Translations under genes and position numbers: made by a program | IMG/VR virus record: IMGVR_UViG_3300028920_000119 | Coordinates: 1-44,675 of that record | DNA from: a virus | Lineage: Duplodnaviria; Caudoviricetes | DNA: 44,675 bases | Direction: 5' to 3' (one strand) | The notes under the pieces: generated by a model | What the model was told of the DNA's origin: nothing | Seen by the model: the letters and a program-made list of their open reading frames with translations, nothing else | The model's database searches: none | In this document: piece by piece, positions 34,007 through 44,675 of the stretch | Numbering within the stretch: the first letter of the stretch is position 1 | Layout: each line of letters begins with the position of its first letter

Positions 34007-37000
34007 CTAATCCTCTTCGTCGCCAACGATCTTCTTAACAGTGTCATCTATTTCCTTAGCCACCGTCAAGGCCGGTATGCCAAGCTGGAATTCTGTTGCT
34101 GCGGCCAGAGCTTTGAGAGCTTCAAGGTAGTCGCCCTCAGAGAGTTCCTTGATCGGTGTGACAATCGCGTTGTCGATCTGCTGCAGCCAAGGCTGCGTCA
34201 TCTTCACGCCACCGAAGGTGCCGTACTTGAGCCCTCGTGGTACAGTGTTGGCCCCGGGCATCCAGGATGTCCAATAGCTCGTGCCGTAGTACAACAGGTC
34301 AGTCCACGTCAGTTCTTCCTCGTCGTCGCCTGAAGGCACTAGGAGGGCCACCATGAGCGGCGGTAAAAGGTTCTCGTAGACCACATGCCTGGCGTAGTCC
34401 CTTGTGGACATCTTGCCCTCTGTCCAAGCATTGAAGTGAGTCCTCATACGACTACCGTACTTCATGGTCCAGCCGACGAAGGGGCTGATGGTCCAGCGGA
34501 TCAACCGGCCAAGAGCCGTGTTCCTTTTGCCGCCAGTCTGCCACAGGTTCTTGAACATGGCCGAGGACACTGGTTGGGTCTCAGCCACTATGTTGTCTGC
34601 GTAGCTGATAGCCGCATCGGCATCGCCGGTGGCATCAAGCTTCTGGTGGAAGGCAGCTAACCAAGTGGGATAAGCACCCATGATGTCACCGAGCCGGATA
34701 TTGACCAGAGCCATGTGCTGCAGATCCCGGAGTGTCACCTCTCTGCCCCCCACCTTAACACTACGCTTGAACGGACTGACCTGCTCGTAGAGCCGAGCCA
34801 TCTCGACCTCGATCTTATGAGCCCTGTCCCGCATGAACGGAGACATGGCCTCGACCGTTGTCACTGATTGGTACGGATGGGTGATCATCCTGGCTACGCC
34901 TTTCATCGTCGGGAGGATACCCAACTTCGAAATCGTAGAAGTCAAAGAGAAGGCCTGCTTCACGCCGGTCTTCAACCTGGCACCAAGGGCCTTGATTATG
35001 GCCAGCTTCTGGAAGGTCGATAGAACTTGGTCCAGGTTGTCGGCCACTGTGGGCTCCGGCCGGGCAATCTGGGAGAGCCAGGGGATCAAAGTCTCATACC
35101 GCTCTGCTCCCATCAAATCTGTATAGGCGTCAGCCCAGTCAGAATGCTTGAAGACCTTGCTGATGTCAGTAAGGATCTCGCTGAGGTGGGTGTACCGGAT
35201 CGTATCCCTGATGTGGCGATACAGTGGGCTGATGTTCAGTAGTATGGGGTTGCTGGAGCCGGTACGCTTCTTGGTGAAGCTGTCACGCGGCTTGTTCATA
35301 TGGTGGACGGCAGCAGCTTCGTTCTTGAGTATGTCCGCTTCGGTAAACTCAGCCACCTTGCGAGAGGCCTTGGGGTCATACCGCAGAGGATAGTAGCCGC
35401 CCCGGAGGGTAACTGTCTTGCCATCCGCCGTCGCAAGCCTTATGGGCTCAGCGGCTATGCGATCCAGGTGGACACCATTCAGACTGAAGTATGCTGCTTC
35501 CATGTCCGGCCACAAAGTCTCAATTGCGTTCCAGATGTCTTGGACCAATTGAAGCTCATGAGAGGTCAGCATGGCAGCTACGGCTCGAAGCTCTGTGAGA
35601 TCCATGTCGAAGCCATTCTGCAGCGTTTTGATCCCTGTCTCCGAGCCCATGTTGAGGACGAAGGACAAGACCATTTCGCCGGTCCAACCCTTGTAGCCAG
35701 CCGCCCGAAGCACTCCCGGCAAAGGGGCTCCTGGGATCTGGAAGGGCCGATTGCCAAACCGTTCTCTAAACCGCCGGGCCAAGAGGCCCAGCCGATCGTT
35801 GATGTCAACCAAGTACTTCTTCTCGAAGGCATCGAGAGCCTTGATCGCATCCTTCTGCCTGTCGAAGATGGCTTGGTGGAGTTTCTCGTTGGGGCCCATC
35901 TCTCCGTCCGGCCCCAAGTTGGTGTAGCCGTCAGCCCGCTTCAGGTCGAACAGCATGTGCATCGTTTCTGCACCAAGGTTCCGCAGGAAGGACCGGAGCT
36001 TGTGCATCCGCGAGTGGTTGGTCAGCGGGTCCACCTTCCTACGATTGAGCATGGGCCTTGCGGCTTCGGTTGCCACCTCGTCAATCACCCGGGCCGCTTC
36101 ATTCTTCTGGAGCTTTACAGCGTTGCGTCCTCTGGCCCCTATGACCTTTATACCTTGCATCAGGTCGAAGAAGTCAGTCACCGGCATGGTCCTGTAGTCC
36201 TGCTGTTGCTGGAAGTTTTTAACAGCATTCGGCAGCGGCACACCGGCGGGGCCCGCCTCGATCTCGCCGAGGGTGCTGGCAAAAGCCTCTTCAGTGACAT
36301 GTGGAGCATCTGTCCCGGCCAGACCGGCCTTGAAGAGTAGGTGGCGTATTACTTGACGGTGCCTATCCAAAATGCTCTTGGACTTGGCCAGGGTCTTGGC
36401 TTGCCTGATGGCCTGTTCGTGCAGCCGTCTTACGCGGACTGCTTCGGTCACCAAGAAGTGATTGATCAGTTGCTTCTCTTTGGCTTCCTGGGCTGCTTCC
36501 CAATCTTCCTTTATCACAGCAGCCTCGAACTGCCTACCGTACTTGGCCTCGGCCCGGGAGTACAGGTCATATCGTATGGCTTCAGCAACAGTCTTGGTTT
36601 CCAGTATGGCTCGGGCCGAGTCCCGATAGGCCTTCTCTTCGTACCGCCGTCTCGACCGGCCAGTCTGCTCTGCTATGTGCTTGGCCACGAGTCTTGCTTC
36701 GCTGAGCAAGTACTTCCGTTGAGCATCGTTGTGGTAGGCTTCCTCGCCGGGCAAGAACTCATCCCTAGCCAAAGTCTCCCGGATCTGTTCCCGGCGTTCG
36801 TCTATGAGTTCATCCACCCGGGTCTCGATAGCTGTAGCCCTCTTGGGTGACTTGGCTATGTCGGCAATCAAAGCCTCTTCGCTGTCATACTCCAACTCCA
36901 AAGCAAGCTCAGTGAGATCCAAAGTACCGTTGTTGGTCACCAGCCTCGGGTGGAGGGCCTTCATGGCGTTGTAAGCGTCTTCGCCGTACTCGGCCTTGAT

Positions 37001-40000
37001 CCTGTCAGCGTTAAGGCTACCACGGTCTATAGCAATCTGAACGGCTCTGTAGACCGGCATCGAGTCAACCTGACTGGCTGCCAGGCTCTGTATCCGTTCA
37101 CGCATACCGTCGGTAGCCAAGAAGGTTTTCAAAGCTCTCCGGACATGATCCTGCAGGGCCCTCTCTCGTGCTGCTACATGTAGTCTCTGCAGGTGTGCCT
37201 TCTGCCTTGCGTCACCGGGCATGGACCCCACAAGGGATTCATTGGCAGCATAGTAAAACCGCACTTCCTTCATCTCTGCTTCAGAGGCCAGCATGCTATC
37301 GAAGATGCCCCTTAGCGTGTCGTTCATACGGACGTCTTCCATACCACCAATTTGCCTGTAGAGATTCAGCATCCAGGTGCGGTAGTTCCGGAAGCTTTCA
37401 ACCAGCTTGGTAGCAGGAGCCTTGCCCTCGATCAGGTAGCCTTCGAATGCCTTGGCTATGAACTCGTGGGCCTCAGTGCCTAGCTCGGAATCACCAGTCA
37501 ACTGCCGAATGGCAACAAGATCTTTGGCCTCACGATCTGAAGCGGTGCCATCCGCGACACGCCGTTTCATGTCTTCCAGGAATATGTGAGCCAACTCATG
37601 AACGAAAGTTGTTACGTCCGCGGACTCGAACAACGTGATGATGGTCTCGGTGGGGGTAAACTGCACCCGACCTCTGGGGCGTTTCCGGTTGTTCTCTTCG
37701 GCCGCCTGATACAGTGTTAGACCATCGTGGGTGATCTTCGCCTGCAGATCCGGTGTCAGCTTTACAACCCACTGATCACCTAAGGACTCGAAACCCTTAA
37801 GAGGAGCCTGTTCGAGAACAGCATCAGTCTTCATGGACTTCAGCCACTTGCGGACTTGAGCGGGCAAGACCGTATCGTAGAAGATACGGAAGCCCTCCCC
37901 GCCCATGCGGAGGCCTCGTCCATCAAGTGTACGCTCCACACCTCTGGTTGTGTTGAAGGCGTTTGCGTTAAGTACTCGCTCGGCTATGTCCTTTCCGAGA
38001 TACGTCGCCAGAGACTTCTCACTCCTCGCCGTGAACTCCGCTTTCTTGGTGGACTGCAAAGCTGTCTGACCAGAGTTGTCGTATGCCACGTCATAACCTT
38101 CTACATGCACACTTCCATCAGGCCTTGTAACAGCAACTATCCGGTTCACACCCTTAAGCTTGTCCCAACGCTCACCGTGGATATTGCCGTTGGACCAAGC
38201 TATGGCCTCGTACCCTCCGTCAAGGGCTTTCAATACCATCTGCTTGAAGAGTATCAGAGACCAGGCATCCTTGAACGGACTCTCAGGAGCCCCCTTCCGC
38301 AAACGCATGTAGTTGGCAAGAGCAAACCTTGCTTGGTCCGCACTGGGAAGGCCTTCTATAGCGGTGAGGAAGTCTAAGATCTGTTTCTTGAGGTTAGCGT
38401 CGCTGATATAAAGTTCACTAGCGAAGTCCGGCAGGGAAGAAGGGTCGCCCCGCCCATCGTCTTGGTACTCCTTGTCCAGTTCCTTCTTAACATTCAGAAA
38501 GCCCAGGTAGGCTTGGGACCTGTTATTGTCTCTGTGTACAGCTTCTTCGGCGGTGAAGTACCCGAAGTCCCTTCCCTTCTGATGCAAGTCTGACTGAAGC
38601 TCTTCGAGGAACTGTGTGTGGTGTTCCTGGCCGCCTATTACAGCCGTCTTATCTGACACCCGAGTGAAACCTATGACGTTGGGTATCTGGTCCCAGTGGC
38701 CTGAGAATATCCAGGGTTCTGCGAGCCAAGTATCATCTATGGTCAGAAGGTACTCATCGTAATTGGCATTCAGCCTCGTAGGTCCACTACCATGCTCTGC
38801 ACCAATGGTGTACTCCATATACTTAACGTCTTCACCGTTGCTCAGGCGTTCCTGGTACATGCGGTCTATTCCAGCCTCCATGTCCCGGTCGTAGTAGTCC
38901 ATGAAGATGTCCCCCTCTATGGCATCGGCGGCTGTTTCGAAGCTTGAGTACTCAGTCTCTTCACCGGTTTCTTCATTACGCAGCATCACTCTGAAGTTGA
39001 GATCAGTGCCAAGCAGATAGTCATATTCGGGGTCAGGGCCAAACAACCTAAGCTGCGAATCGGTATTGGTGTATGCACCCCTCGGCCGTAGAGGATAGTC
39101 GTAGTCATCATAGACAACGATCTTCACTTCGCCTTCAGACTCAGAATCTATGGTGTACTCCTTCTCCCTGAGAGGCATGACTTCTTCCACCCATCCGGGC
39201 CTGGCTTTGGTTGGCATAAGCCGAACAACCTCAGCGTCTGTCAGCTTCCTTCCCAGACGAACTTCTAACTCCTGACGGAGAAGAGCTTCTGCTTGGTGAG
39301 CGAGCATAGAGTACCCTCGGTTGGGCTGAAACAGCCTTCGTCCGTCAAGGTACACAGCCTTTTGGTTTGGTATGTCTGGGCCGCCCCTCTCTTCATAGTC
39401 AGTATTGTCTGTGTGGTAAGAGATGTCGAAGGACTGAAGGTTTCCCTCTGAGTCGGGGAACTCCACAGTGCTGTACTGGTTTACTATATCCACCGTGTGT
39501 TCTGGAGCAGCATCCCAAGACGTATTGGGATAGTATTCTATGTCACCCATGTCAGGGCCCGAAGACCCACCTGTAATGTCAGAGTGCGTCCGGAACTCCA
39601 ACTCCACAAAGCTCTCTGCTACCAAGTCAATGATCTGGTCTCTGGTGATCGTTTCGTTTTCCGGCGTGTCTTCTATAAGACTCTTCAACGCAGGGATAGC
39701 TTTGTACTCTTCACCTGAGTAGCTCTTGGACTTACGGAGTGCAGCCAGCATCTGCTTTGGTGTACCCTTGGCCTGAGGAATATCCAAGGCTGCCTGATGA
39801 AGACCGGAGAAGAAACCACCATACCTCGGGGCTCTCTTGACAATCTCGCCACCTTGGTAATAGATCTGCTCGTAGATATTGGCGTTCTCGGTATCAAAGT
39901 TAATGCTCTTAGTCGACTTCACCTGCTTGGGGTCGAAGACGATGTAGTGAGCAGTGTCGGCATCAAGTGCCATGAATGGGAACTTATCTGAGACTGTGTA

Positions 40001-43000
40001 ATCGATGTAGCCATCGAAGCCCAGTTCCTTAAGAGCCCGGTTGATTATCTCGTAAGCAGCCGTGTACGGCGTACCGGGAATGGTGACGTCAGCCATACGA
40101 AGCTCGGCAGCGAGCAGCTTAAGAGCTATCCCTGCTTTCATGCCATCCTGTGGGAAAGCATGCATGAGGAACTCGCCTACGCCGGACAGGTCGTAAGCCA
40201 TGTAGTCCATGGCTATCTCACGAGCCTTTTCAACAAGGTCAAGCAGAATGCCGGAAGGCTCTGTGCCGTGGTCGGCCGCAAAGCGTTCTGCCGCCAGGGC
40301 CATGACTTCGTCATCCAAGACATTGGTTTTGTCGCCACCTTCGTCTTCCAGAAGCTCGTCATAGGCTTTGTCATAGTACTCCTGGAACTCGGGGTCGTTC
40401 TCAAGCTGGTAGGTGTAATCGAAGAATGTGGGGTTGTCCCCACCAATGATCACAGGGTTCTCAAGCTTTAGGTAGACTTCGAGCAGGACACCATCTTCTT
40501 GGTAGTCCAACTCTTCCTTAGCCCTCCGCATAGCCTCGTCCCAGTCATTGAGGTTTATGTCTTCATTGATAAGTTCTTCGGCTCTGCCACGGAGCTTAGC
40601 TTGGACATCACCTCCGGAGATATGGGCATAGTTGGCGTAAGCGTCTTCTTCCTTGTTGGTGAAGTAGAACCCCGGGCCCAGATTCGTCTCAGGGCCACTG
40701 GCTTCCGGCTTGAAGACCGAGAAGTCCCGCATGGTGCCGTGAAAGACCTTAAGCGGGTTGCCGTCTTCATCCACGACCACACTGGTACCGAACCATCGTT
40801 CGAGCTTTTCATTCCTGGTTATGTCACCGTTCTCGTCGTAGTCCACACCGGACTGGAAGACCTCGATGATATCCTTGACCGTCTGGACAGAATCAGCTTC
40901 TGTGGCTCTTGCAGCCCAAGCTTCTGCTCCCTCATCAAGATAGTCCTTGAGCTTCGTGAGATCCTGCACAGCCCTGTCGATGTCCAGTTCACCAAGAGCG
41001 ACGGCCGCGTCCCGGGCCAGGCGTTGCACCTCGTTAAACGCTGGCATGTTCCTGCGGGCCTCAGCGTACTCAGCGAGAGCAGCCATCAGTTCGGCTCGGT
41101 ATGCCTCCTCGGTCACACCCCTCACCTCGGCGTTGTTCTTGATGTTCTCCTCGAACTCTTTCATGAACCCATACGGTTGGGTAAGAGACCCGAGGATCTT
41201 CTCCACCTTATCCAGAACAATGTTGTAGCCTGCCGTCTTGTTGAACTTGAGGTCTTCCGTCATACGGTGGATCAAATCACCTGTATGCTCTATAGGCTTA
41301 AAGAGGACACCAGCCATGAGGTTTTGTACCTTGAGCATAGCAGCCTCAGGCACACCCTTCTGTTGGGTGGCTATGGTGTCATAGAAGTCGAGCCTCTCGT
41401 CCATTTCCATCTGTGACGGATGCTTCGCTCTTTCAGCCCTCTGGCGTCCTTGGACTTTGACACCATCTTGGTCGACAACCAAACGAAGCTTCAATGAATC
41501 GATCCACTCCTTGGGTGTCGTGCCCATCTCTGCCGCCACCTTGCTCGCACGAGCCCATAGCACACCCAGGTGTGCGTCGGCCTGCCCGGGGGTAAGGCCA
41601 GCACCACCCTCGTCCTTGGGGGTAACAAGTTGTTCACGGAGGTTCATCAGTTGACTTGGAAGTCTGTTCGTTGCCAACAGATCAGCAAACTCTTCCTGAA
41701 CCCGCTTCGCCTCGGCCCGGGCCCGCTCCACTAACTCTGCTTGCTCGTGGAGAGTAAGACCGTCAGCCTCAAGTCTCAACCTGGGTGTGAGCAGGGCTCC
41801 AGCATCTGTTCCGGCCAGCTTCGTAGATAGCTCTGATATGCTCAGTGTTATGTCCCCACCGGTAGCCTCTGCTTCGACTAGCTGGTCCTGCAGACTAAGA
41901 GACGCCACCACCTCACGAGCTACTTCCGGGGCCGCCTGCTGGAACTCTTTGAAGTCTTCACTGCTGATATAAGCAATGTCCTCTATCCCATTCTGTTCGA
42001 GAACCGTTTGGACAAAAGCTGTGTGCTTATCCGGAGACAGCTTGTGAAGCTTGTTCAGTTCTACAGCCTTGCCCAGATCAGTGAGGAAGGCCAAATTGCT
42101 CTTAAGGTGCTGTTGGTGGCGTATTGCCCGGGGAGAGGACGCAGCCGCACCTATGAGCGATAGGGGCAGCACAACCGCTCCCTCATACAGACCGTCCTTG
42201 ATGGTCGAAGGCAGGTTATCAAACACCCGGTCAACAATGTCCGACACGGACCCACCCTTGGCTGACTCCTCGGCGTAAATTCGAGTCATGTCCTCGGGGA
42301 ACTGCTGAAGAAACTCAGTACCATATTCCGTCACCAGCACACCAAGAAGTTCTTGGGCCAGCCGCCTTGATCCCGGTGCGGTCTTGAACCACTTCACCCA
42401 TTTGCCAAGAGCTACAAACTCCAGGGCCGACTGGACAAGAGCGTTCGCTGTAGCAGCCCGGATTGCTAAGTCTTCCGGCACACCCTGCAGGGTTAGCTGC
42501 TCGTAGGTGGTCCCAAAGATATAGCCCCCCATAACCGAGGCACCGGCCGTAGGAGATCCAGTGAAGTAGGTAGCAGCCAGGACACCTGCAAACTGGGGTA
42601 CGGTCTCAGCCACGCTGCCCAGATACTTTGTAAAGCCCTTCCTCTCAGCGAGCATGTCGGGTTCCAGGATCTCAGCCTTTGATAACCCATCGAGGAGATT
42701 TGCTGCTGTAGCAAAAGTGACATCAGAGCCCTTCTCTACCAATGTCCTGGCATTTAAGTAAAACTGGACGTCTCGCGGCTGGAACGCTTGCTCCCTATCC
42801 TGGCGAACGAAGAGACTAACAGGTCCTGGCATACCTAGTCCCAATTGCACCGCCCTCAGAGAAATTGCTCCGGTCTTTGCCAGACCCCGGACAAAACTCT
42901 TCCCACCCTCTTTGAACTTCTCCCAGACATACCGCTGTGGAGAAGCCGAAAAGCTGTGAGCCAGATCCTCGACACGAGCCAGGAGTGCGGCATCGTCCTT

Positions 43001-43537
43001 GGCAAGCACGGCGTTATCAGGGTCGGTCATGAAAGCAAGAGTCTTGGGGTACTTATACTCGCCCTCTTCGTCTTTCTCAGTCAGAGTCTTTATGACTTCG
43101 AAGGCTTCCTGCCAATCACTAGCCTCCTCCTGGTTCTTAAAGACCATGTCCTTGGGGATGCCCTGAATCTGGGCAACCTGTTGGACCTTCGCCGCCACCT
43201 CAGGCTTGATACCTCTCACTGTACGAAGAGCCCAGTCCAAATGCCCGCGGTCTGCAGTGACAGCGAGATCCAGAGCCTCTTCGTCGGGCATCTCTATCAG
43301 CATTTGACGGAAAGGCTCTACGCCGCCTTCGGCTTCTGTATCTCTGAAGAGGCGAGGGGTGTAGCCTTTCCCTGCTTCAAGCGGATCAACATCCGCGACG
43401 TATTCAGACCAACCCTTAGGGACACCAGAGTCCTCAGACTGAACGAACGTGGGCTCCTGTACAGGAGCCGTGACCTGACTGACTGTGTCTTCGACAGCGG
43501 GATCAGGAGTGCCGGATATCTCTTTAGGTACTTTCAT
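34007..43537 (-). CDS. Giant (3176 aa) internal virion / large polyvalent protein with ART-like and HExxH metallopeptidase-like domains
   Basis: T7 gp16-like position; WFG.S.VVDEDGNPLKVFHGT..GFYFT..VYLKLENP..GFDG..YIVFDPKQVKS (ART-PolyVal pattern); FVHELAH..HEFIAKAFEGYL. Confidence 0.8.
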   Translation of the reverse strand: MKVPKEISGTPDPAVEDTVSQVTAPVQEPTFVQSEDSGVPKGWSEYVADVDPLEAGKGYTPRLFRDTEAEGGVEPFRQMLIEMPDEEALDLAVTADRGHLDWALRTVRGIKPEVAAKVQQVAQIQGIPKDMVFKNQEEASDWQEAFEVIKTLTEKDEEGEYKYPKTLAFMTDPDNAVLAKDDAALLARVEDLAHSFSASPQRYVWEKFKEGGKSFVRGLAKTGAISLRAVQLGLGMPGPVSLFVRQDREQAFQPRDVQFYLNARTLVEKGSDVTFATAANLLDGLSKAEILEPDMLAERKGFTKYLGSVAETVPQFAGVLAATYFTGSPTAGASVMGGYIFGTTYEQLTLQGVPEDLAIRAATANALVQSALEFVALGKWVKWFKTAPGSRRLAQELLGVLVTEYGTEFLQQFPEDMTRIYAEESAKGGSVSDIVDRVFDNLPSTIKDGLYEGAVVLPLSLIGAAASSPRAIRHQQHLKSNLAFLTDLGKAVELNKLHKLSPDKHTAFVQTVLEQNGIEDIAYISSEDFKEFQQAAPEVAREVVASLSLQDQLVEAEATGGDITLSISELSTKLAGTDAGALLTPRLRLEADGLTLHEQAELVERARAEAKRVQEEFADLLATNRLPSQLMNLREQLVTPKDEGGAGLTPGQADAHLGVLWARASKVAAEMGTTPKEWIDSLKLRLVVDQDGVKVQGRQRAERAKHPSQMEMDERLDFYDTIATQQKGVPEAAMLKVQNLMAGVLFKPIEHTGDLIHRMTEDLKFNKTAGYNIVLDKVEKILGSLTQPYGFMKEFEENIKNNAEVRGVTEEAYRAELMAALAEYAEARRNMPAFNEVQRLARDAAVALGELDIDRAVQDLTKLKDYLDEGAEAWAARATEADSVQTVKDIIEVFQSGVDYDENGDITRNEKLERWFGTSVVVDEDGNPLKVFHGTMRDFSVFKPEASGPETNLGPGFYFTNKEEDAYANYAHISGGDVQAKLRGRAEELINEDINLNDWDEAMRRAKEELDYQEDGVLLEVYLKLENPVIIGGDNPTFFDYTYQLENDPEFQEYYDKAYDELLEDEGGDKTNVLDDEVMALAAERFAADHGTEPSGILLDLVEKAREIAMDYMAYDLSGVGEFLMHAFPQDGMKAGIALKLLAAELRMADVTIPGTPYTAAYEIINRALKELGFDGYIDYTVSDKFPFMALDADTAHYIVFDPKQVKSTKSINFDTENANIYEQIYYQGGEIVKRAPRYGGFFSGLHQAALDIPQAKGTPKQMLAALRKSKSYSGEEYKAIPALKSLIEDTPENETITRDQIIDLVAESFVELEFRTHSDITGGSSGPDMGDIEYYPNTSWDAAPEHTVDIVNQYSTVEFPDSEGNLQSFDISYHTDNTDYEERGGPDIPNQKAVYLDGRRLFQPNRGYSMLAHQAEALLRQELEVRLGRKLTDAEVVRLMPTKARPGWVEEVMPLREKEYTIDSESEGEVKIVVYDDYDYPLRPRGAYTNTDSQLRLFGPDPEYDYLLGTDLNFRVMLRNEETGEETEYSSFETAADAIEGDIFMDYYDRDMEAGIDRMYQERLSNGEDVKYMEYTIGAEHGSGPTRLNANYDEYLLTIDDTWLAEPWIFSGHWDQIPNVIGFTRVSDKTAVIGGQEHHTQFLEELQSDLHQKGRDFGYFTAEEAVHRDNNRSQAYLGFLNVKKELDKEYQDDGRGDPSSLPDFASELYISDANLKKQILDFLTAIEGLPSADQARFALANYMRLRKGAPESPFKDAWSLILFKQMVLKALDGGYEAIAWSNGNIHGERWDKLKGVNRIVAVTRPDGSVHVEGYDVAYDNSGQTALQSTKKAEFTARSEKSLATYLGKDIAERVLNANAFNTTRGVERTLDGRGLRMGGEGFRIFYDTVLPAQVRKWLKSMKTDAVLEQAPLKGFESLGDQWVVKLTPDLQAKITHDGLTLYQAAEENNRKRPRGRVQFTPTETIITLFESADVTTFVHELAHIFLEDMKRRVADGTASDREAKDLVAIRQLTGDSELGTEAHEFIAKAFEGYLIEGKAPATKLVESFRNYRTWMLNLYRQIGGMEDVRMNDTLRGIFDSMLASEAEMKEVRFYYAANESLVGSMPGDARQKAHLQRLHVAARERALQDHVRRALKTFLATDGMRERIQSLAASQVDSMPVYRAVQIAIDRGSLNADRIKAEYGEDAYNAMKALHPRLVTNNGTLDLTELALELEYDSEEALIADIAKSPKRATAIETRVDELIDERREQIRETLARDEFLPGEEAYHNDAQRKYLLSEARLVAKHIAEQTGRSRRRYEEKAYRDSARAILETKTVAEAIRYDLYSRAEAKYGRQFEAAVIKEDWEAAQEAKEKQLINHFLVTEAVRVRRLHEQAIRQAKTLAKSKSILDRHRQVIRHLLFKAGLAGTDAPHVTEEAFASTLGEIEAGPAGVPLPNAVKNFQQQQDYRTMPVTDFFDLMQGIKVIGARGRNAVKLQKNEAARVIDEVATEAARPMLNRRKVDPLTNHSRMHKLRSFLRNLGAETMHMLFDLKRADGYTNLGPDGEMGPNEKLHQAIFDRQKDAIKALDAFEKKYLVDINDRLGLLARRFRERFGNRPFQIPGAPLPGVLRAAGYKGWTGEMVLSFVLNMGSETGIKTLQNGFDMDLTELRAVAAMLTSHELQLVQDIWNAIETLWPDMEAAYFSLNGVHLDRIAAEPIRLATADGKTVTLRGGYYPLRYDPKASRKVAEFTEADILKNEAAAVHHMNKPRDSFTKKRTGSSNPILLNISPLYRHIRDTIRYTHLSEILTDISKVFKHSDWADAYTDLMGAERYETLIPWLSQIARPEPTVADNLDQVLSTFQKLAIIKALGARLKTGVKQAFSLTSTISKLGILPTMKGVARMITHPYQSVTTVEAMSPFMRDRAHKIEVEMARLYEQVSPFKRSVKVGGREVTLRDLQHMALVNIRLGDIMGAYPTWLAAFHQKLDATGDADAAISYADNIVAETQPVSSAMFKNLWQTGGKRNTALGRLIRWTISPFVGWTMKYGSRMRTHFNAWTEGKMSTRDYARHVVYENLLPPLMVALLVPSGDDEEELTWTDLLYYGTSYWTSWMPGANTVPRGLKYGTFGGVKMTQPWLQQIDNAIVTPIKELSEGDYLEALKALAAATEFQLGIPALTVAKEIDDTVKKIVGDEED

Positions 43538-44675
43538 GATGGATCATATGCGGGGTCGTAATCGCGGGTCCTTATGCGAGGAGTCCTTACACCAATAAGG
43601 CCTTTAGGACCAAGGATAACATCCTCAAGCGGGCTACGCCGATGCTTCTTTAGCTCACGCTCAAATGCCTTCTGCTCTCGCTCTTCTGCGGCTCTCTCCT
43701 CCTCAGTCTTGATCAAGTCCCACTCTTCAGCGTCTGGACCGGGGACAAAGGTCTTAATGTAATTGCCATGGATGTCGTAGACGTGGACCTCGGGTCCAGT
43801 CCTGACAAGCCACCTATCCGGTTGGGCCCCAGCCTTAGCTTCTGTGGAGTTTGTAGGCACACCGGGCTGGAACACAGCAGACTCAGGCAGCTTTTCTGGT
43901 TTGCTGTTCTTCAAGAATCTCAGCCGGTAAGGCTCGGACTTAAGCTCGAAGTTGTACTTCTTCTGCTCTGAACTGAACACCCCGGGGTCGTATGTGTACG
44001 TCGACAACTCTTCCCAGATGATCTTGTTAATCTCGCTCACCGTCCACTTACCCTCTGAGACAACATCCCGAGCGTTGATCCTCTCGTATACCACACCCAT
44101 AAGCTCCGATGTGCGTCGAGCCGCTTCGAATCTTTCTTCATCGCTGGCACCATATCCGGGGGTGAAATCCTTCATCTTGGATATGATGACATTAAGCTGC
44201 TTGTCTACGTCTGCACCAAAGCCCATAAGAGAAGACCGGGACCGGCCGGACTGGGTACCTTGGATGATAGCAGACTGCTCGTTAATCAGTTCCTTCAACT
44301 CAGGCTTGGCCAGCCGCTTTATGAGTTCAGGAGAAGTGAGATCCAACTCAGTGAAGTCAGAAGGGGCCATCTGCTTTATCTTGCTGTAGACACCCCAGTC
44401 AGTGTAGTCCGAGGGGCCCAGCATAAGCTGACGAAGCTCGGACAGATCCTTCATCTTCTCCACGGTCAGGCCCTTGACACTGTATGGGTTGAAGTTCTGG
44501 GGGTCTTTCATAAGGTCATCAACAGCAGACTTGACAGCCGCGTGTTGGTCCATCACGGCAACCTTGGACCGCTCATTGGCTCTGTTGTTGAGTATACGCA
44601 TAGTCTCTTCGTAAGCGTCCGCGTCCTTGAGATTGTCAAGCTCTTCGACCTGCTCGCCAAAGCTCAGGCCTTGAG
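43534..44675 (-). CDS. Internal virion protein, 3' part (continuation of 1..1032 across the overlap)
   Basis: Frame open to the window end and identical to the frame at 1-209; stop overlaps the ATG of the giant gene (ATGA). Confidence 0.8.
   Translation of the reverse strand, partial: QGLSFGEQVEELDNLKDADAYEETMRILNNRANERSKVAVMDQHAAVKSAVDDLMKDPQNFNPYSVKGLTVEKMKDLSELRQLMLGPSDYTDWGVYSKIKQMAPSDFTELDLTSPELIKRLAKPELKELINEQSAIIQGTQSGRSRSSLMGFGADVDKQLNVIISKMKDFTPGYGASDEERFEAARRTSELMGVVYERINARDVVSEGKWTVSEINKIIWEELSTYTYDPGVFSSEQKKYNFELKSEPYRLRFLKNSKPEKLPESAVFQPGVPTNSTEAKAGAQPDRWLVRTGPEVHVYDIHGNYIKTFVPGPDAEEWDLIKTEEERAAEEREQKAFERELKKHRRSPLEDVILGPKGLIGVRTPRIRTRDYDPAYDPS
44467..44675. repeat. Terminal overlap, copy 2
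   Basis: Matches 1-209 with one mismatch (T44553 vs C87). Confidence 0.95.

Noticed and set aside
44467-44675. Biological direct terminal repeat
   Set aside because: It falls in the middle of a virion CDS, so an assembly overlap is more parsimonious. It cannot be fully excluded without reads.

Overview
The window is an apparently complete ~44.47 kb dsDNA podovirus-type phage genome assembled as a circle: bases 1-209 recur at 44467-44675 with one mismatch, and that overlap splits one virion gene. The layout resembles BPP-1/epsilon15-type podoviruses. (i) A minus-strand late block (15399 to 1, then 44466 to 32648) encodes a resolvase, holin-like protein, TerS, TerL, portal, head-spike module, scaffold, major capsid, cement, tail tubular proteins, internal virion proteins including a 3176-aa polyvalent protein, and a tail fibre. 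(ii) A plus-strand early block (15936-23627) follows a near-consensus sigma70 promoter. (iii) Replication genes diverge from ~26.55 kb: Cro-like HTH and primase-polymerase/helicase leftwards; SNF2 helicase, Cas4-like DUF2800, DUF2815 SSB and family A DNA polymerase rightwards. I recognised no integrase, RNA polymerase, complete tRNA, CRISPR array or DGR. The most striking unexplained feature is in the early block: five near-identical ~85-nt intergenic elements plus one partial copy, each between a stop codon and the next start. Each folds into an anticodon-less tRNA-like acceptor/T-arm minihelix resembling tRNA-Leu ends, followed by a covarying hairpin and a Shine-Dalgarno sequence, giving a tRNA-punctuated gene-cassette array. 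Other notable signals are three promoters whose predicted +1 falls on an ATG (leaderless genes), an iteron-like 9-mer cluster, a gene bracketed by a 25-bp direct repeat, and an RcGTA-like head-spike pair. All protein family calls come from motif recognition by eye, not database searches.
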